This document shows positions 8,777 through 17,894 of a stretch of DNA of 64,000 bases, one piece after another (within the stretch, counting starts at the first letter, position 1; the number at the start of each line of letters is the position of its first letter). The notes below the pieces were generated by a model that worked only from the letters and a program-made list of their open reading frames with translations, made no database searches and had not been told where the DNA came from. The stretch is from the IMG/VR virus record IMGVR_UViG_3300025592_000986; one strand, 5' to 3'. The position numbers and the translations under genes are program-made. This DNA comes from a virus.

Positions 8777-10363
8777 TTATCCCTTAAATAACCACGGAAA
8801 GTTTTCGTGATTGCTTTTTGTTTTTACTATACCATCAAATACACTATCTTTTTTGTAAGAATTCATACCTGGTATACTTGTATTCAAATTCGTCTTGGTA
8901 CTAAACATAGCCCCCATTGCCGCCTTTTTGTATTCTATAGCCTTGTAGTTTTCAGAGAGTGTTGTATCTCGGACCCAACAACCAATCGAACAAGCTAATA
9001 TTAAGTCGTCATTGTAAGATCTCATAGCAGTAGGTTTACCGTTGTGCCATACGAACGTTTTCATCTCGCTTAAAAGTCTCGACGAATATATCTTAATTAG
9101 CTTGTTTCTCACGAATTCTTCAAATTTAGCTATTATTAGTGGCCTAGTCTTTGATGATGTCGTAAAGCCAGCTATTGTGTTACTTCTATACTCAGCCTCG
9201 ATGGGGTCGATGTAGTCGTGACTAGACTTTACAGAAAAATAAACATTTGGATACCCTCTATCTACCAACTTTTCAAGCACAGAATATCCAACAGAGTTAT
9301 TTTCGACCACCAACATACAATTTCCGTACTCGACACCAGCGTTGAAAAGCAGTTCAGAGAATATGTCGGGGGTAACTTTTCCTTGGTATTCTGCAATTAT
9401 CTCCATACTGTCAAGTTTTATTATGTGAAACACGGAGTAGTCTCGCCCGTCGCCTCTAGCGACGTCTGCAGAGATTAAGTATTGCACACCTTGCTGATAT
9501 TCTTGCCAAATCCAAAAGTTTCTATCGAATCCAGTCCTGTATTTGGGTTCAGTGATCAATTCCGCAATCCACTCTAGATCTTCTGGGTGGAAAACGGTTT
9601 CACCAGACATATTGAAACTGCACTCAAGCTCTTGCGCGATCTCTCTTCTAGACATATTTTTTGTCTCTCTGTCAAACCAATCTTTGTCTCGGTCTGGGTG
9701 GACCTCCCAGGGCAACACAGTTGGAAAGAAATCGTTAACCGAAGATTCAGATTCTGAGTATATTTTATGAAACCAATTACCGACGCCGTTTGGAGTGGAA
9801 AGCGCGATGCATCGCCCACCAGTAGACAGTGTAGGATACAGCCCCATCCACAACTCATCCAGTCCGTCGATGTGAGCAGCTTCGTCTATAACTAACAAAG
9901 ACAAGGCCTCTGAACGCCCTGCGTCGCCGGAGGTAGAAGAAGCTTTTATTTGAGAGCCGTTTGATAATTCGAAGGAAGTCCTGTTGTCTATAGTCACATG
10001 TGCGATGGTCAACCAGTCGGGAACGTTTCTTAGTATGTTTTTGACCTTCTTAACCAGGTTTGCGGCGGTGCCGAACTTTGTAGCAATAACCAGAACGTTC
10101 TTTTCTTTATGAAACAACATTTGCCATACAACAAAGCCTGCAGTAATCGTAGAGATACCTAGCTGCCTAGCCTTCAATATAACATTGAAACGGTGATCTA
10201 TAAAATTCTCTACTAAGTCTTCCTGAAATGGGTATAACTTGAATGGAATCAGCCCACGCTGCGGGTGAGTGATCTTGGCGTAGTTATTGATAAAGTAGTT
10301 TGGATTCTTGCCACACTTTATTATTTCTTTGCGGATATCTTGCTTGGTGAGTTTAAAAGACAT
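8777..10363 (-). CDS. gp17: Terminase large subunit (T4 gp17-like)
   Basis: LYPFQ, KARQLGIST (Walker A), LLVIDEAAH (Walker B), STPNG, ISADVARGDGRDYS and NDDL nuclease motifs. Confidence 0.95.
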   Translation of the reverse strand: MSFKLTKQDIRKEIIKCGKNPNYFINNYAKITHPQRGLIPFKLYPFQEDLVENFIDHRFNVILKARQLGISTITAGFVVWQMLFHKEKNVLVIATKFGTAANLVKKVKNILRNVPDWLTIAHVTIDNRTSFELSNGSQIKASSTSGDAGRSEALSLLVIDEAAHIDGLDELWMGLYPTLSTGGRCIALSTPNGVGNWFHKIYSESESSVNDFFPTVLPWEVHPDRDKDWFDRETKNMSRREIAQELECSFNMSGETVFHPEDLEWIAELITEPKYRTGFDRNFWIWQEYQQGVQYLISADVARGDGRDYSVFHIIKLDSMEIIAEYQGKVTPDIFSELLFNAGVEYGNCMLVVENNSVGYSVLEKLVDRGYPNVYFSVKSSHDYIDPIEAEYRSNTIAGFTTSSKTRPLIIAKFEEFVRNKLIKIYSSRLLSEMKTFVWHNGKPTAMRSYNDDLILACSIGCWVRDTTLSENYKAIEYKKAAMGAMFSTKTNLNTSIPGMNSYKKDSVFDGIVKTKSNHENFPWLFKG

Positions 10364-10367
10364 CTAG

Positions 10368-10949
10368 TTACTTTAGGTCTGAGTTTCTTTGCCCTGTGGT
10401 CACATTAAAAGGGTCAAACTGTTTATAGTTATCGCTTTTTGACTTATCATTCTGTGGCCTTTTAGCTTTACCGCCAAGCTCCAAGAATTTCTTAAAAGTG
10501 TCATCTAGTTTTCTTTCTGGTTCTTTCGCAAGTAAACTTGACGCTAGCTTAAACTTCTGAACGGCGGTGACACTAGTTCTAATTTTAGAAATATACTGGA
10601 CTAGTATATCTACCTCTCCATCCTTTGTTAACTGCAAGGCTGATCCAGTTGCGCTCTTGTATTCTTTCTTTAAGTGCTTGGCAAGGTCAGCCATAGTAGA
10701 TTCAATGTCGCTTTCAAATGACGTGTTGTGCACTTCCTTGATTTTAGTTTCAAGGTTGTAAGTGAGAACAAGGGTCTCACCCTGTATTCTAGCGTTGAAC
10801 CCATCCATAACCCTAGGGTCAAATATAGGGTTCCCGTCCTCTCTTTTGAGGCCAGATTTAACTGGCTCTCCATCTTTGTCTGTCGCTCCGTCGTAATTGC
10901 TTGACAGCGCTTGTGATATTCCGTTGATAACGTCTAATATAGTAGCCAT
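10368..10949 (-). CDS. Hypothetical protein upstream of TerL
   Basis: 193 aa, GAGG SD, preceded by late-promoter-like motif. Confidence 0.75.
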   Translation of the reverse strand: MATILDVINGISQALSSNYDGATDKDGEPVKSGLKREDGNPIFDPRVMDGFNARIQGETLVLTYNLETKIKEVHNTSFESDIESTMADLAKHLKKEYKSATGSALQLTKDGEVDILVQYISKIRTSVTAVQKFKLASSLLAKEPERKLDDTFKKFLELGGKAKRPQNDKSKSDNYKQFDPFNVTTGQRNSDLK

Positions 10950-10970
10950 TTAAAAACCTCGCTTTATACT

Positions 10971-10980
10971 ATAAATAGTA
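10971..10980 (-). promoter_or_regulatory. Putative late promoter motif TACTATTTAT
   Basis: Identical 10-mer to 2571-2580, about 22 nt upstream of ATG 10949. Confidence 0.55.
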
Positions 10981-10983
10981 TTT

Positions 10984-11379
10984 TTATTTACCAAAACCCC
11001 TAGTATTATTGGGTCTCCAACCAGAGAGCCAACGTTGTGTACGACCCTCCACATATTGTATGTAGCACCCAAAACAACAATCGTACTTGGTAAAATACAC
11101 GTCGTCTCTAGAATTAAAGGAGTATGAGTCACACGTTTTACAGGAGCGGTCCATAGTTTGAACCTCCGACTTCCTAGATATGAAAAACCCAGACCTCTCT
11201 TCCCTTTCAGACTCCACCTTACTTAATTCAAGTTTTTTGTAAAACTCTTTCATTTGTTCTATATAGGTTTTCTCTTTTTCATCAGTCCAGTCGTTCTTGG
11301 GGTGAGCAACGGCTTCTTCGCCATATTTCTCTCTTACGGCCTTTTCTATTTTGGCCACCTGATTAAGATCTTTCTTCAA
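10984..11379 (-). CDS. Hypothetical zinc-finger protein
   Basis: Likely TTG start at 11379 (TTGA overlap); C-terminal CKTC...CCFGC then WLSGWRP. Confidence 0.65.
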   Translation of the reverse strand: MKKDLNQVAKIEKAVREKYGEEAVAHPKNDWTDEKEKTYIEQMKEFYKKLELSKVESEREERSGFFISRKSEVQTMDRSCKTCDSYSFNSRDDVYFTKYDCCFGCYIQYVEGRTQRWLSGWRPNNTRGFGK

Positions 11380-11819
11380 TTTACAGCTTCCACGATCAGG
11401 ATAGAGGATACAACACCTGCAAGAAAACCTGCTGAAACAAAAACATACCAATAACTGTTCGGTTGTTTCAGGGCAAGTGCCTCTAGTTTTTTATTTTCAA
11501 CTTTCAAAATCTGTATTTTTTTGCCGCTTACCGATTTGTAATACTCATATTCTACCTGAAGCTTTCCCATTTTCAAGGTGAATTCCGCTTTCTGTCTAGA
11601 GATCGCGGTATCGATTTTCAATTGGCATCTTTCTGGTTCTGTCTCTTTGTCGGCTAATAGCTGCGCTGCTGCATGCAAGTCGAAACAGTACGAATCAAAT
11701 GGAGTGGGTTCGCCCTTCTTTAGTCGGGCGAAACTTGGTGGGGATGCTAATGAAGTCGACAAGAAACTAGTTAGCGTTAGTAAAACCAAAAAGGTTTTCA
11801 AGCTTTTTGTCAATCTCAT
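11376..11819 (-). CDS. Exported coiled-coil protein with C-terminal TM; putative outer spanin-like component
   Basis: Signal-like N-terminus (..STSLA/S), coiled coil, C-terminal hydrophobic helix; overlaps the i-spanin-like gene. Confidence 0.45.
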   Translation of the reverse strand: MRLTKSLKTFLVLLTLTSFLSTSLASPPSFARLKKGEPTPFDSYCFDLHAAAQLLADKETEPERCQLKIDTAISRQKAEFTLKMGKLQVEYEYYKSVSGKKIQILKVENKKLEALALKQPNSYWYVFVSAGFLAGVVSSILIVEAVN

Positions 11820-12156
11820 CTGGTTGTTCCTTTGCTATTCTTGCAATCTCTTTGACTTTCTTTTTATTTTTTCTAGAAAGCTGTTCTTCTTTGAGATTGT
11901 ACTTTTCATCTATCTTACCAAGAGTTAGTCGATAATTTAAGTCAAGTTGTTCTATTTTTTTAATTTTTATCGCTTGTTGTTCTTCTAGGGCCTTGATTTG
12001 ATCTTCATACGATTTCTTCTTGGCATTCAGTACTTCAAGGGCGACCTTTGAATTTCCTCTGGACACTATCCACACTATTAAAGTCCAGACAATTAGTGCG
12101 GACACCTTCCAGTTCTTCTTGGCCCAAAGCCAAATGAATTCAAGCTTCGACATCAT
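11767..12156 (-). CDS. Putative inner-membrane spanin (Rz-like)
   Basis: N-terminal TM followed by a long Lys/Glu-rich coiled coil; follows the holin-like gene. Confidence 0.5.
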   Translation of the reverse strand: MMSKLEFIWLWAKKNWKVSALIVWTLIVWIVSRGNSKVALEVLNAKKKSYEDQIKALEEQQAIKIKKIEQLDLNYRLTLGKIDEKYNLKEEQLSRKNKKKVKEIARIAKEQPDEIDKKLENLFGFTNAN

Positions 12157-12353
12157 CACTTGCCGTGTTTCCATTGAGCTGCCATATCTACAAGCGCCTG
12201 GGTTCCAATGTACGCTAAAGTTACCGCAACCCAGTCACTGCTAGTAACCGTGCCGACATAACAAAGTCCCGTTGCTGTTATCCAAGCCAAGAATTTTCGA
12301 GAAATAAACCTCTCCGTATATTTATCTGCAATTGATTTTAGTACCGCCACCAT
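12156..12353 (-). CDS. Putative holin
   Basis: 65 aa, SRKFLAW motif followed by two short TM segments, basic C-terminus. Confidence 0.55.
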   Translation of the reverse strand: MVAVLKSIADKYTERFISRKFLAWITATGLCYVGTVTSSDWVAVTLAYIGTQALVDMAAQWKHGK

Positions 12354-12362
12354 TATATCCTC

Positions 12363-15300
12363 CTAAACGTTTACGTGAGCGTAACTTCCGAGCTTGTCAA
12401 TGTTAATTTGAGTATCTACAGAGTCCTTGAGCGCATCTAAATGCGATATCAAAATGACAGTCTTAAAATAAGTCTTGGCCATATCGATAATTCTAACAAA
12501 ACCTTCCATATTGTCCTCATCCAAAGCCGTGCCCGGTTCGTCCATAATAAATAGGTCCGGTTTTGGTAAATTCGTAACTGCTAGTAACGCAAGCCTAATT
12601 GCCATAGAGGCTATTGTCTTCTCGGCACCGGAGCCCATCTCTAATGGCCTTGGGTCATACTTCGGGTGCTTGATAAATATGTTCAAATCCTTGTCGTCAT
12701 CCAATATAAACGTCTCAAAGTCAACAATACCCGTCAGTATTTTTGCGATCTCTTCGTTAATTACCGGGAGTCTGTTTTTAATAATGTCGTAAGATATGCC
12801 ATTAGAATGACAACATTTTATATACAATTCAAAAGCGGAATATTCTTCCCTCAGAGATTGTAGTTCCAGCTTTTTGGCCTGCAGTGTCTTGACCACCTGT
12901 TCATTAGAACCTATCTCCCTAAATAGATCGTTCGTATCTGATTTGCAAGCGTCCCATTCCCTCTTGACTTTTGGTGACTCTGTCTGTAGGGCCTGCCTTT
13001 CAAGTAACAGTTCTTCTAGGCTCTCCATCGCGTCCTTGTTGCCTTCATATTCTGCCATCCTGGAATTCAACGGCTTTAAGTCTGCCTCTTCTTTGTAGAT
13101 TAAACCTTCGTTTCTTTCCTTGTTTAATTTCAAACTGGCCAGAGACGAAGCTAATCTGTTCTTTTTCTCTACAAGTTGATTGTATTTCTCCAAATATTCT
13201 CCAACCTTGTCTGGCTGCAATTCAGATATTTCGTTTCCGACTTCATTTGCCTTTTTGGAAACGACAGACATCTTGGATTCAACGACCTTCACCAGGTCTA
13301 AAGAACCGTAAGCGTCTTTAATAAATTTACAATTAGGAAACTTGTCACCACAAGGAACCTCTGACAACAAGTCTTGTTTCTTGTAAAGTCTCGTCCTCTG
13401 TTCCGAATAGCTTTTGATTTCCGACAGCAAGAGGTCCAGGTCTTTCGACTTTGTATTTATCAGGTTCAGTTTTTCTTGGTACGAACCTACATCAAACTGC
13501 TCTACAAACTTTTCCATTTTCTCTAAAGTCACGGAGTCTGAGCTTATCTGTTCAGTATACGACTCGTTTTCAACTTTGGCAGTGGATATCGTATTCTCTT
13601 TAGCACGTATCTGCTTTTTCAGTCTAACTGGGTCTATCAGTTCCGACGGGGCCGAATCTACCTTTGCCTTGATGCCCTCCATCTTTATTGCCAACTGTTG
13701 GGCTTGTTCCTCCAGGGACGAACACTTACTCTGGCTCTCCACTAGGCGTTTGTTGCTGAGTTCAAGAGCTTCATTCGCTTCCTCAAGTTGCCCCTCGAAA
13801 TCTATCTCTTCGAGCTTTTTCAAAAGAGCTTTCGCTTCCGCTGAATCTTTTTTAGCCATCTTAAACTTTTTATCAAAAATTTCTAAATCTAAAAACTTTG
13901 CCAGAATCTTCTTCCGCTCTGTGACGCCTTGATTGATAAAGGTTAGAGAATCCATTTGGCTGGTCATAGAAGTCATCAAAAAGTCTTCTAACGTCCCGAA
14001 ATACCTTCTGATCTCTTTGTCCGTACCTCCTCTGGCCAAGGCGTTGAGTTCTTCGACCTGCCCCATTGCGTCGACACAAACAAAGTCAGCACTCGTCTTT
14101 GCCTCGATTGTTTCCACACCTTTTAATTTTTTGAGATACTTTTCCGACTTTCGTTCTATCGTATAAGTCCTATCTCCAATCTCGATAACAGTCCTGCCAA
14201 ACGCATTGACCTCGTTCTGGTTGATGAAATTCAGATTCTTCCTGACGGACTTTGACGTGCTGTTGTACATCGTATAAAGCAGGCTATCTATGATCGAAGA
14301 TTTGCCTGAAAAGTTCTTACCAAAAATACCGACGATACCCGACAACTTGTCAAAATTTACCTTGTTGCCTTTTCCGTAGTTAAACAGATTGTCCCACTCG
14401 ACACTCTTGAGGGACCAGTTTATATTTCTGTAAACCTCTTCTTCCTCCTCGATAGACGTGTTGTACTTTGAGTTCAGGAGCAGGATCCTGTTCATAACCT
14501 CGTCAGTTATTTCGTAATCATTCAAGTACTCCCTGATTAGGCGTTGTTGTACTTCGATGTCTCTTAGATCTTCTTTAGTGGAAACCGAACTAACATCCAC
14601 CTCAGAACCTTTTGAGCTTGCCCTGTTCATATACGTCAAGGTGTCTGGCTTGTACTTGTGTTTTACAAGATCAAGGGCCCTTCTCATTCTGGCCAAGGGA
14701 ATGTTGTTTTCCGATACGACCCTGAGACGTGCCCCAGGAGGAGCGTTTATGTTGTTCGGAAGCTCGCCCTTGGAGTTTAAGAAGATGGTAACAAAGGGTT
14801 TGGGATTCTTGAACGTGTGCAACTTACAGGTAAATTTATCTTTACTTGTGATATCCCAAAGCAAGTAGCCTTTGTCTAGAGACTCTCCAAAATTCTGCTG
14901 AACTGTCGAGCCGGCATATCTTACCTTGCCTTTATGATCCAGAATTTGAGTCTTGTGTATGTCTCCTAAAAAGGCAAAGTCAAACCTGTCGAAGATACTG
15001 ATGTCGTGGTCGCCGGTCAATGTCCAGTTCAAATCAGTTTTCGATCTGTCGATTGCACCGTGGTACAGGGCAATGTTGACAAGCTGTTTGTTGGAGGGCT
15101 CACTCCAGTTCTCCTCATCGAACACAGACAAGACGTTTAAAGCGAACTTGTCCTCCAGCACTACCTCTTGGGCCCGTTTAAGTATAAACAGATTAGGGTT
15201 TTGCAAAGCTTCAGCGATGGGCGTTATCGCATCTTGACGACTTGCATTTTTCAGGTTACCGTCGTGATTTCCCAGGATCACGTACGTTGGGGCGATGTTG

Positions 15301-15503
15301 GCAAGCCTGGATAGAAACTTGGAACACATCTCGACGAACTCTGGTGATATTTGAGTCTTCGTGTGTGCGATGTCCCCACAATGGACTATGTAATCGACAT
15401 CTTGCTCCTCTAGAGATTTGTATAATTGATCAAAAACTTCATTATATTCATGATGATACTTCAAATTTCGGATATGAGTATCCGCTATGTGGGCAAAACG
15501 CAT
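12363..15503 (-). CDS. Fused SbcD/Mre11 nuclease - SbcC/Rad50 ATPase (gp47-gp46 fusion)
   Basis: N-terminal phosphoesterase motifs ADTH, GDIAH, GNHD, GDIHK; Walker A GKNFSGKSS; coiled coil with PCGDKFPNC; signature GSGAEK; Walker B FIMDEP; ISH. Confidence 0.93.
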   Translation of the reverse strand: MRFAHIADTHIRNLKYHHEYNEVFDQLYKSLEEQDVDYIVHCGDIAHTKTQISPEFVEMCSKFLSRLANIAPTYVILGNHDGNLKNASRQDAITPIAEALQNPNLFILKRAQEVVLEDKFALNVLSVFDEENWSEPSNKQLVNIALYHGAIDRSKTDLNWTLTGDHDISIFDRFDFAFLGDIHKTQILDHKGKVRYAGSTVQQNFGESLDKGYLLWDITSKDKFTCKLHTFKNPKPFVTIFLNSKGELPNNINAPPGARLRVVSENNIPLARMRRALDLVKHKYKPDTLTYMNRASSKGSEVDVSSVSTKEDLRDIEVQQRLIREYLNDYEITDEVMNRILLLNSKYNTSIEEEEEVYRNINWSLKSVEWDNLFNYGKGNKVNFDKLSGIVGIFGKNFSGKSSIIDSLLYTMYNSTSKSVRKNLNFINQNEVNAFGRTVIEIGDRTYTIERKSEKYLKKLKGVETIEAKTSADFVCVDAMGQVEELNALARGGTDKEIRRYFGTLEDFLMTSMTSQMDSLTFINQGVTERKKILAKFLDLEIFDKKFKMAKKDSAEAKALLKKLEEIDFEGQLEEANEALELSNKRLVESQSKCSSLEEQAQQLAIKMEGIKAKVDSAPSELIDPVRLKKQIRAKENTISTAKVENESYTEQISSDSVTLEKMEKFVEQFDVGSYQEKLNLINTKSKDLDLLLSEIKSYSEQRTRLYKKQDLLSEVPCGDKFPNCKFIKDAYGSLDLVKVVESKMSVVSKKANEVGNEISELQPDKVGEYLEKYNQLVEKKNRLASSLASLKLNKERNEGLIYKEEADLKPLNSRMAEYEGNKDAMESLEELLLERQALQTESPKVKREWDACKSDTNDLFREIGSNEQVVKTLQAKKLELQSLREEYSAFELYIKCCHSNGISYDIIKNRLPVINEEIAKILTGIVDFETFILDDDKDLNIFIKHPKYDPRPLEMGSGAEKTIASMAIRLALLAVTNLPKPDLFIMDEPGTALDEDNMEGFVRIIDMAKTYFKTVILISHLDALKDSVDTQINIDKLGSYAHVNV

Positions 15504-15525
15504 TCAGCCTCCATCTTTTTTTATT

Positions 15526-15554
15526 ATTATATTGTATTACTGTTTTTAAATCAA
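15526..15554 (-). promoter_or_regulatory. Sigma70-type promoter TTGATT-N17-TATAAT for the sbcCD fusion
   Basis: Exact 17-nt spacing, followed by GGAGG SD and ATG 15503. Confidence 0.6.
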
Positions 15555-15742
15555 GATATTTTGTCGTTAACTAATTTTACAAAGTTTTCTAAAAATATTT
15601 GTTGGTTGGATGAGTCAAGGTTGGCGAACTGTTCAAATAGGCCGTTGGCCATTTCAAGCCCCTTGCTTTTCTCTTCTTCAACAGTCAAGCGGGTGACCTC
15701 TTCTTTTATCATCTTTCTTATTTGAGATTTAGTGATTTGCAT
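15551..15742 (-). CDS. Small protein, putative internal head protein
   Basis: 63 aa, AAGGAGG SD, MQITKSQIRKMIKEEV N-terminus, own late-promoter-like motif. Confidence 0.7.
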   Translation of the reverse strand: MQITKSQIRKMIKEEVTRLTVEEEKSKGLEMANGLFEQFANLDSSNQQIFLENFVKLVNDKIS

Positions 15743-15752
15743 AATAACCTCC

Positions 15753-16685
15753 TTATAAACTTAAGCACTGATATAAATAGTTGGTTTGATCAATAAGAGC
15801 CGCACCTTCTTTTCTTTTTAGAAATTCACCCTTAGTCATAGACCCAACATCATCATAGCCCGACGTGCTCACTTTGTAAACCTTTAAATCGTATTGGAGT
15901 AATAATTTTATAATTCTCATTTCTTTTTTGGCTGCATCTGCGTCCAAGGCCATATAAACTGTTGGGCACTCCTCTATTATTCTCTTGAACACCTGACTTC
16001 TTTCTGAGAGTGTCGACCCCAACAGTGGTAGCGCATTGCCCGCGACTATCGCGTCGAACACACCCTCAACAAGTATGACAGGTTCTTGCCAGTCTATGTA
16101 CAATTCATTAAATACCACGTTCCTATCTACGGGAGGGTTTTTATATTTAGGAAAATCGTTCTTGTAAGTTCTTGCTATAAAGTAGCTTAAATTTCCCCCC
16201 TCGTCAAAAGAGGGTATGCATACCCTTCCTGCATACGCTCCCGTGCGGCAGAAGCCGATTCTCCACCTCACAATGTCATCCCTGGTTACGTTCCTGTACT
16301 TCAAATAGTTAAGAGCCTTCCTGTACTCGACATCGTTCATTCTTTTCGTCAAAGAGAAAAAATCTTCTGGGAGGCTTGTTGTTCTTTTGGGGATGTCGTT
16401 TGGATCAATCTCTTCGAACAAGGAATCAAAAGAGCTTAAGTCCACAACCTCATCTAGTTCTGACCACGCGGCGAAGTGACTCCTGTCTCCATACCTTTTT
16501 ACCAGGGAGGAAAGCTTCAGGCCAGAGTAGTCACAGACCCAGCACTTGTACACACCCTTGTCTAGATTTACTGAGAATTTCTTCTTGTGATGTTTGCAAC
16601 TAGGGCACTCAAACAAGTATTCCTCGCCAGAGACATAATACCTGCCGAGGATGCTCTCTAGTATACTTACCTTTTCAGATTCCAT
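15753..16685 (-). CDS. DNA primase (zinc finger + TOPRIM)
   Basis: CPSCKH...YKCWVC zinc finger; GRVCIP, FIAR, KYKNP; LVEGVFDA and ALDADA TOPRIM motifs. Confidence 0.92.
   Translation of the reverse strand: MESEKVSILESILGRYYVSGEEYLFECPSCKHHKKKFSVNLDKGVYKCWVCDYSGLKLSSLVKRYGDRSHFAAWSELDEVVDLSSFDSLFEEIDPNDIPKRTTSLPEDFFSLTKRMNDVEYRKALNYLKYRNVTRDDIVRWRIGFCRTGAYAGRVCIPSFDEGGNLSYFIARTYKNDFPKYKNPPVDRNVVFNELYIDWQEPVILVEGVFDAIVAGNALPLLGSTLSERSQVFKRIIEECPTVYMALDADAAKKEMRIIKLLLQYDLKVYKVSTSGYDDVGSMTKGEFLKRKEGAALIDQTNYLYQCLSL
15773..15782 (-). promoter_or_regulatory. Putative late promoter motif AACTATTTAT (inside primase 3' end)
   Basis: About 30 nt upstream of ATG 15742. Confidence 0.45.
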
Positions 16686-17203
16686 TGTAGATAACCCGCC
16701 CTTGCAATAACGTAGCTGTCAGACCGATCCATTGTTCCTGGTTTCGGATTTCCAGCTTTTGTATATTGTATGACGAAGGAAGGCTCCCGGTCAAGTACAA
16801 ACTCTAAAGTTTTTTGTTTGGCGTTGTCACCTCTTTTGATCTCTACCCCGGCCTGTTTCCTTGCGGAAGTTGCAGCTATCATCTCCGGTTCGGTCTTAAA
16901 AATTTCAAAACAAAGCCAGGATACAATACCATTAAATCTAGATAGTGTCGAGAGGGTCTGTGCAGAGGAAAAACCAGAACGGAACGAGTGCAAAGATTGC
17001 TCTATAAAAATCGACCTTACGTTGTAACTCTTTTTTACTTCTTTCAGGTTCTTTTTGATAAGGTCTGCTTTTTGGTACAATGTTGGAAAGTGATTTTTAT
17101 TTCTTGTGTCCCATTGTTCGTTAAAAACCATAACACCGTCCTCATCCATAATTGTGATACCGGTGATGGTCGTAGATATATCTAGTCCTAGTATATGCTT
17201 AAT
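16667..17203 (-). CDS. RuvC-like Holliday junction resolvase (apparent ATT start at 17203)
   Basis: In-frame upstream extension IKHILGLDISTTITG supplies the first catalytic Asp; IFIEQ and DRSDSYVIA motifs downstream. Confidence 0.8.
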   Translation of the reverse strand: MKHILGLDISTTITGITIMDEDGVMVFNEQWDTRNKNHFPTLYQKADLIKKNLKEVKKSYNVRSIFIEQSLHSFRSGFSSAQTLSTLSRFNGIVSWLCFEIFKTEPEMIAATSARKQAGVEIKRGDNAKQKTLEFVLDREPSFVIQYTKAGNPKPGTMDRSDSYVIARAGYLQWNLKR

Positions 17204-17204
17204 T

Positions 17205-17894
17205 TTAATTCCCCATATTGTGGTAGACGTAGTTTATGTAATCTTTCATCAGCAAAATTTTCTCGTCCTCGTCATTATGATACCATCTCCAGGCCGTAGA
17301 TTTTTCTATTGTTTTTATTTTTAGCCTAACTTTGTTCACATTGCCCTTGGCCAAGTCGACATCCTCTTCTGTTGGGTCTGGGAACTTAACATTCAAATGC
17401 AGTGCGACGTCCATCAAATCTATAAAGTTTTCATTATTGAACGCCTTTTGTGCTCTTATGAACAGATTCTCTTTCTGTAATCTTTCTAATTCTGGCAGAT
17501 CTTTAAGTTTGTCAGGGTGAGTGATTTTCGCTACTTCCCGGTAGACAGATTTCAAGTGCTTCGGAGCTTCTCTCTTTGGCTCGACTTCTCGATCAGCTTC
17601 TTGTGGCGTGGAGGCTGATTCGGTTTCAGCGCTAGCCTCCGGCTCCTGGTGGCGTTCTTGGGCGCTCTCTTGCTCGGGCTGATTGGCTGTTTCTCCTGGC
17701 TGTTCACCTTCCTCCTGTTTCTTAAAAAATTCCTTAATTTCATCTGGCATTCCTTTTAGGGTTTCCTTGAACTCTTTTGAGAACAAAGCCCCCGCTTCAC
17801 TCTCTGTCTGCCTGTGGAGTGTCAGCTTTTCTTTTAGGAACCTTATCTGTAGTATTAGTAGTTTAAACTTTTGCTGCTCACTAACCGAAGACAT
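17205..17894 (-). CDS. J-domain (DnaJ-like) protein
   Basis: LKSVYREVAKITHPDK...FIRAQKAF J-domain helices with HPD motif. Confidence 0.8.
   Translation of the reverse strand: MSSVSEQQKFKLLILQIRFLKEKLTLHRQTESEAGALFSKEFKETLKGMPDEIKEFFKKQEEGEQPGETANQPEQESAQERHQEPEASAETESASTPQEADREVEPKREAPKHLKSVYREVAKITHPDKLKDLPELERLQKENLFIRAQKAFNNENFIDLMDVALHLNVKFPDPTEEDVDLAKGNVNKVRLKIKTIEKSTAWRWYHNDEDEKILLMKDYINYVYHNMGN

Noticed and set aside
10150-10180. TerL Walker A lacking the canonical GK (KARQLGIST) as evidence of inactivation
   Set aside because: This deviant Walker A is common in large terminases and all other motifs are intact
10368-10949. Terminase small subunit
   Set aside because: Position fits, but I see no recognisable TerS motif; left as hypothetical
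2800-12365. Genome-wide TAG recoding (genetic code 15)
   Set aside because: TAG ends several complete genes (2800, 3258, 11767, 12363) directly before the next gene, and very long ORFs are intact under code 11
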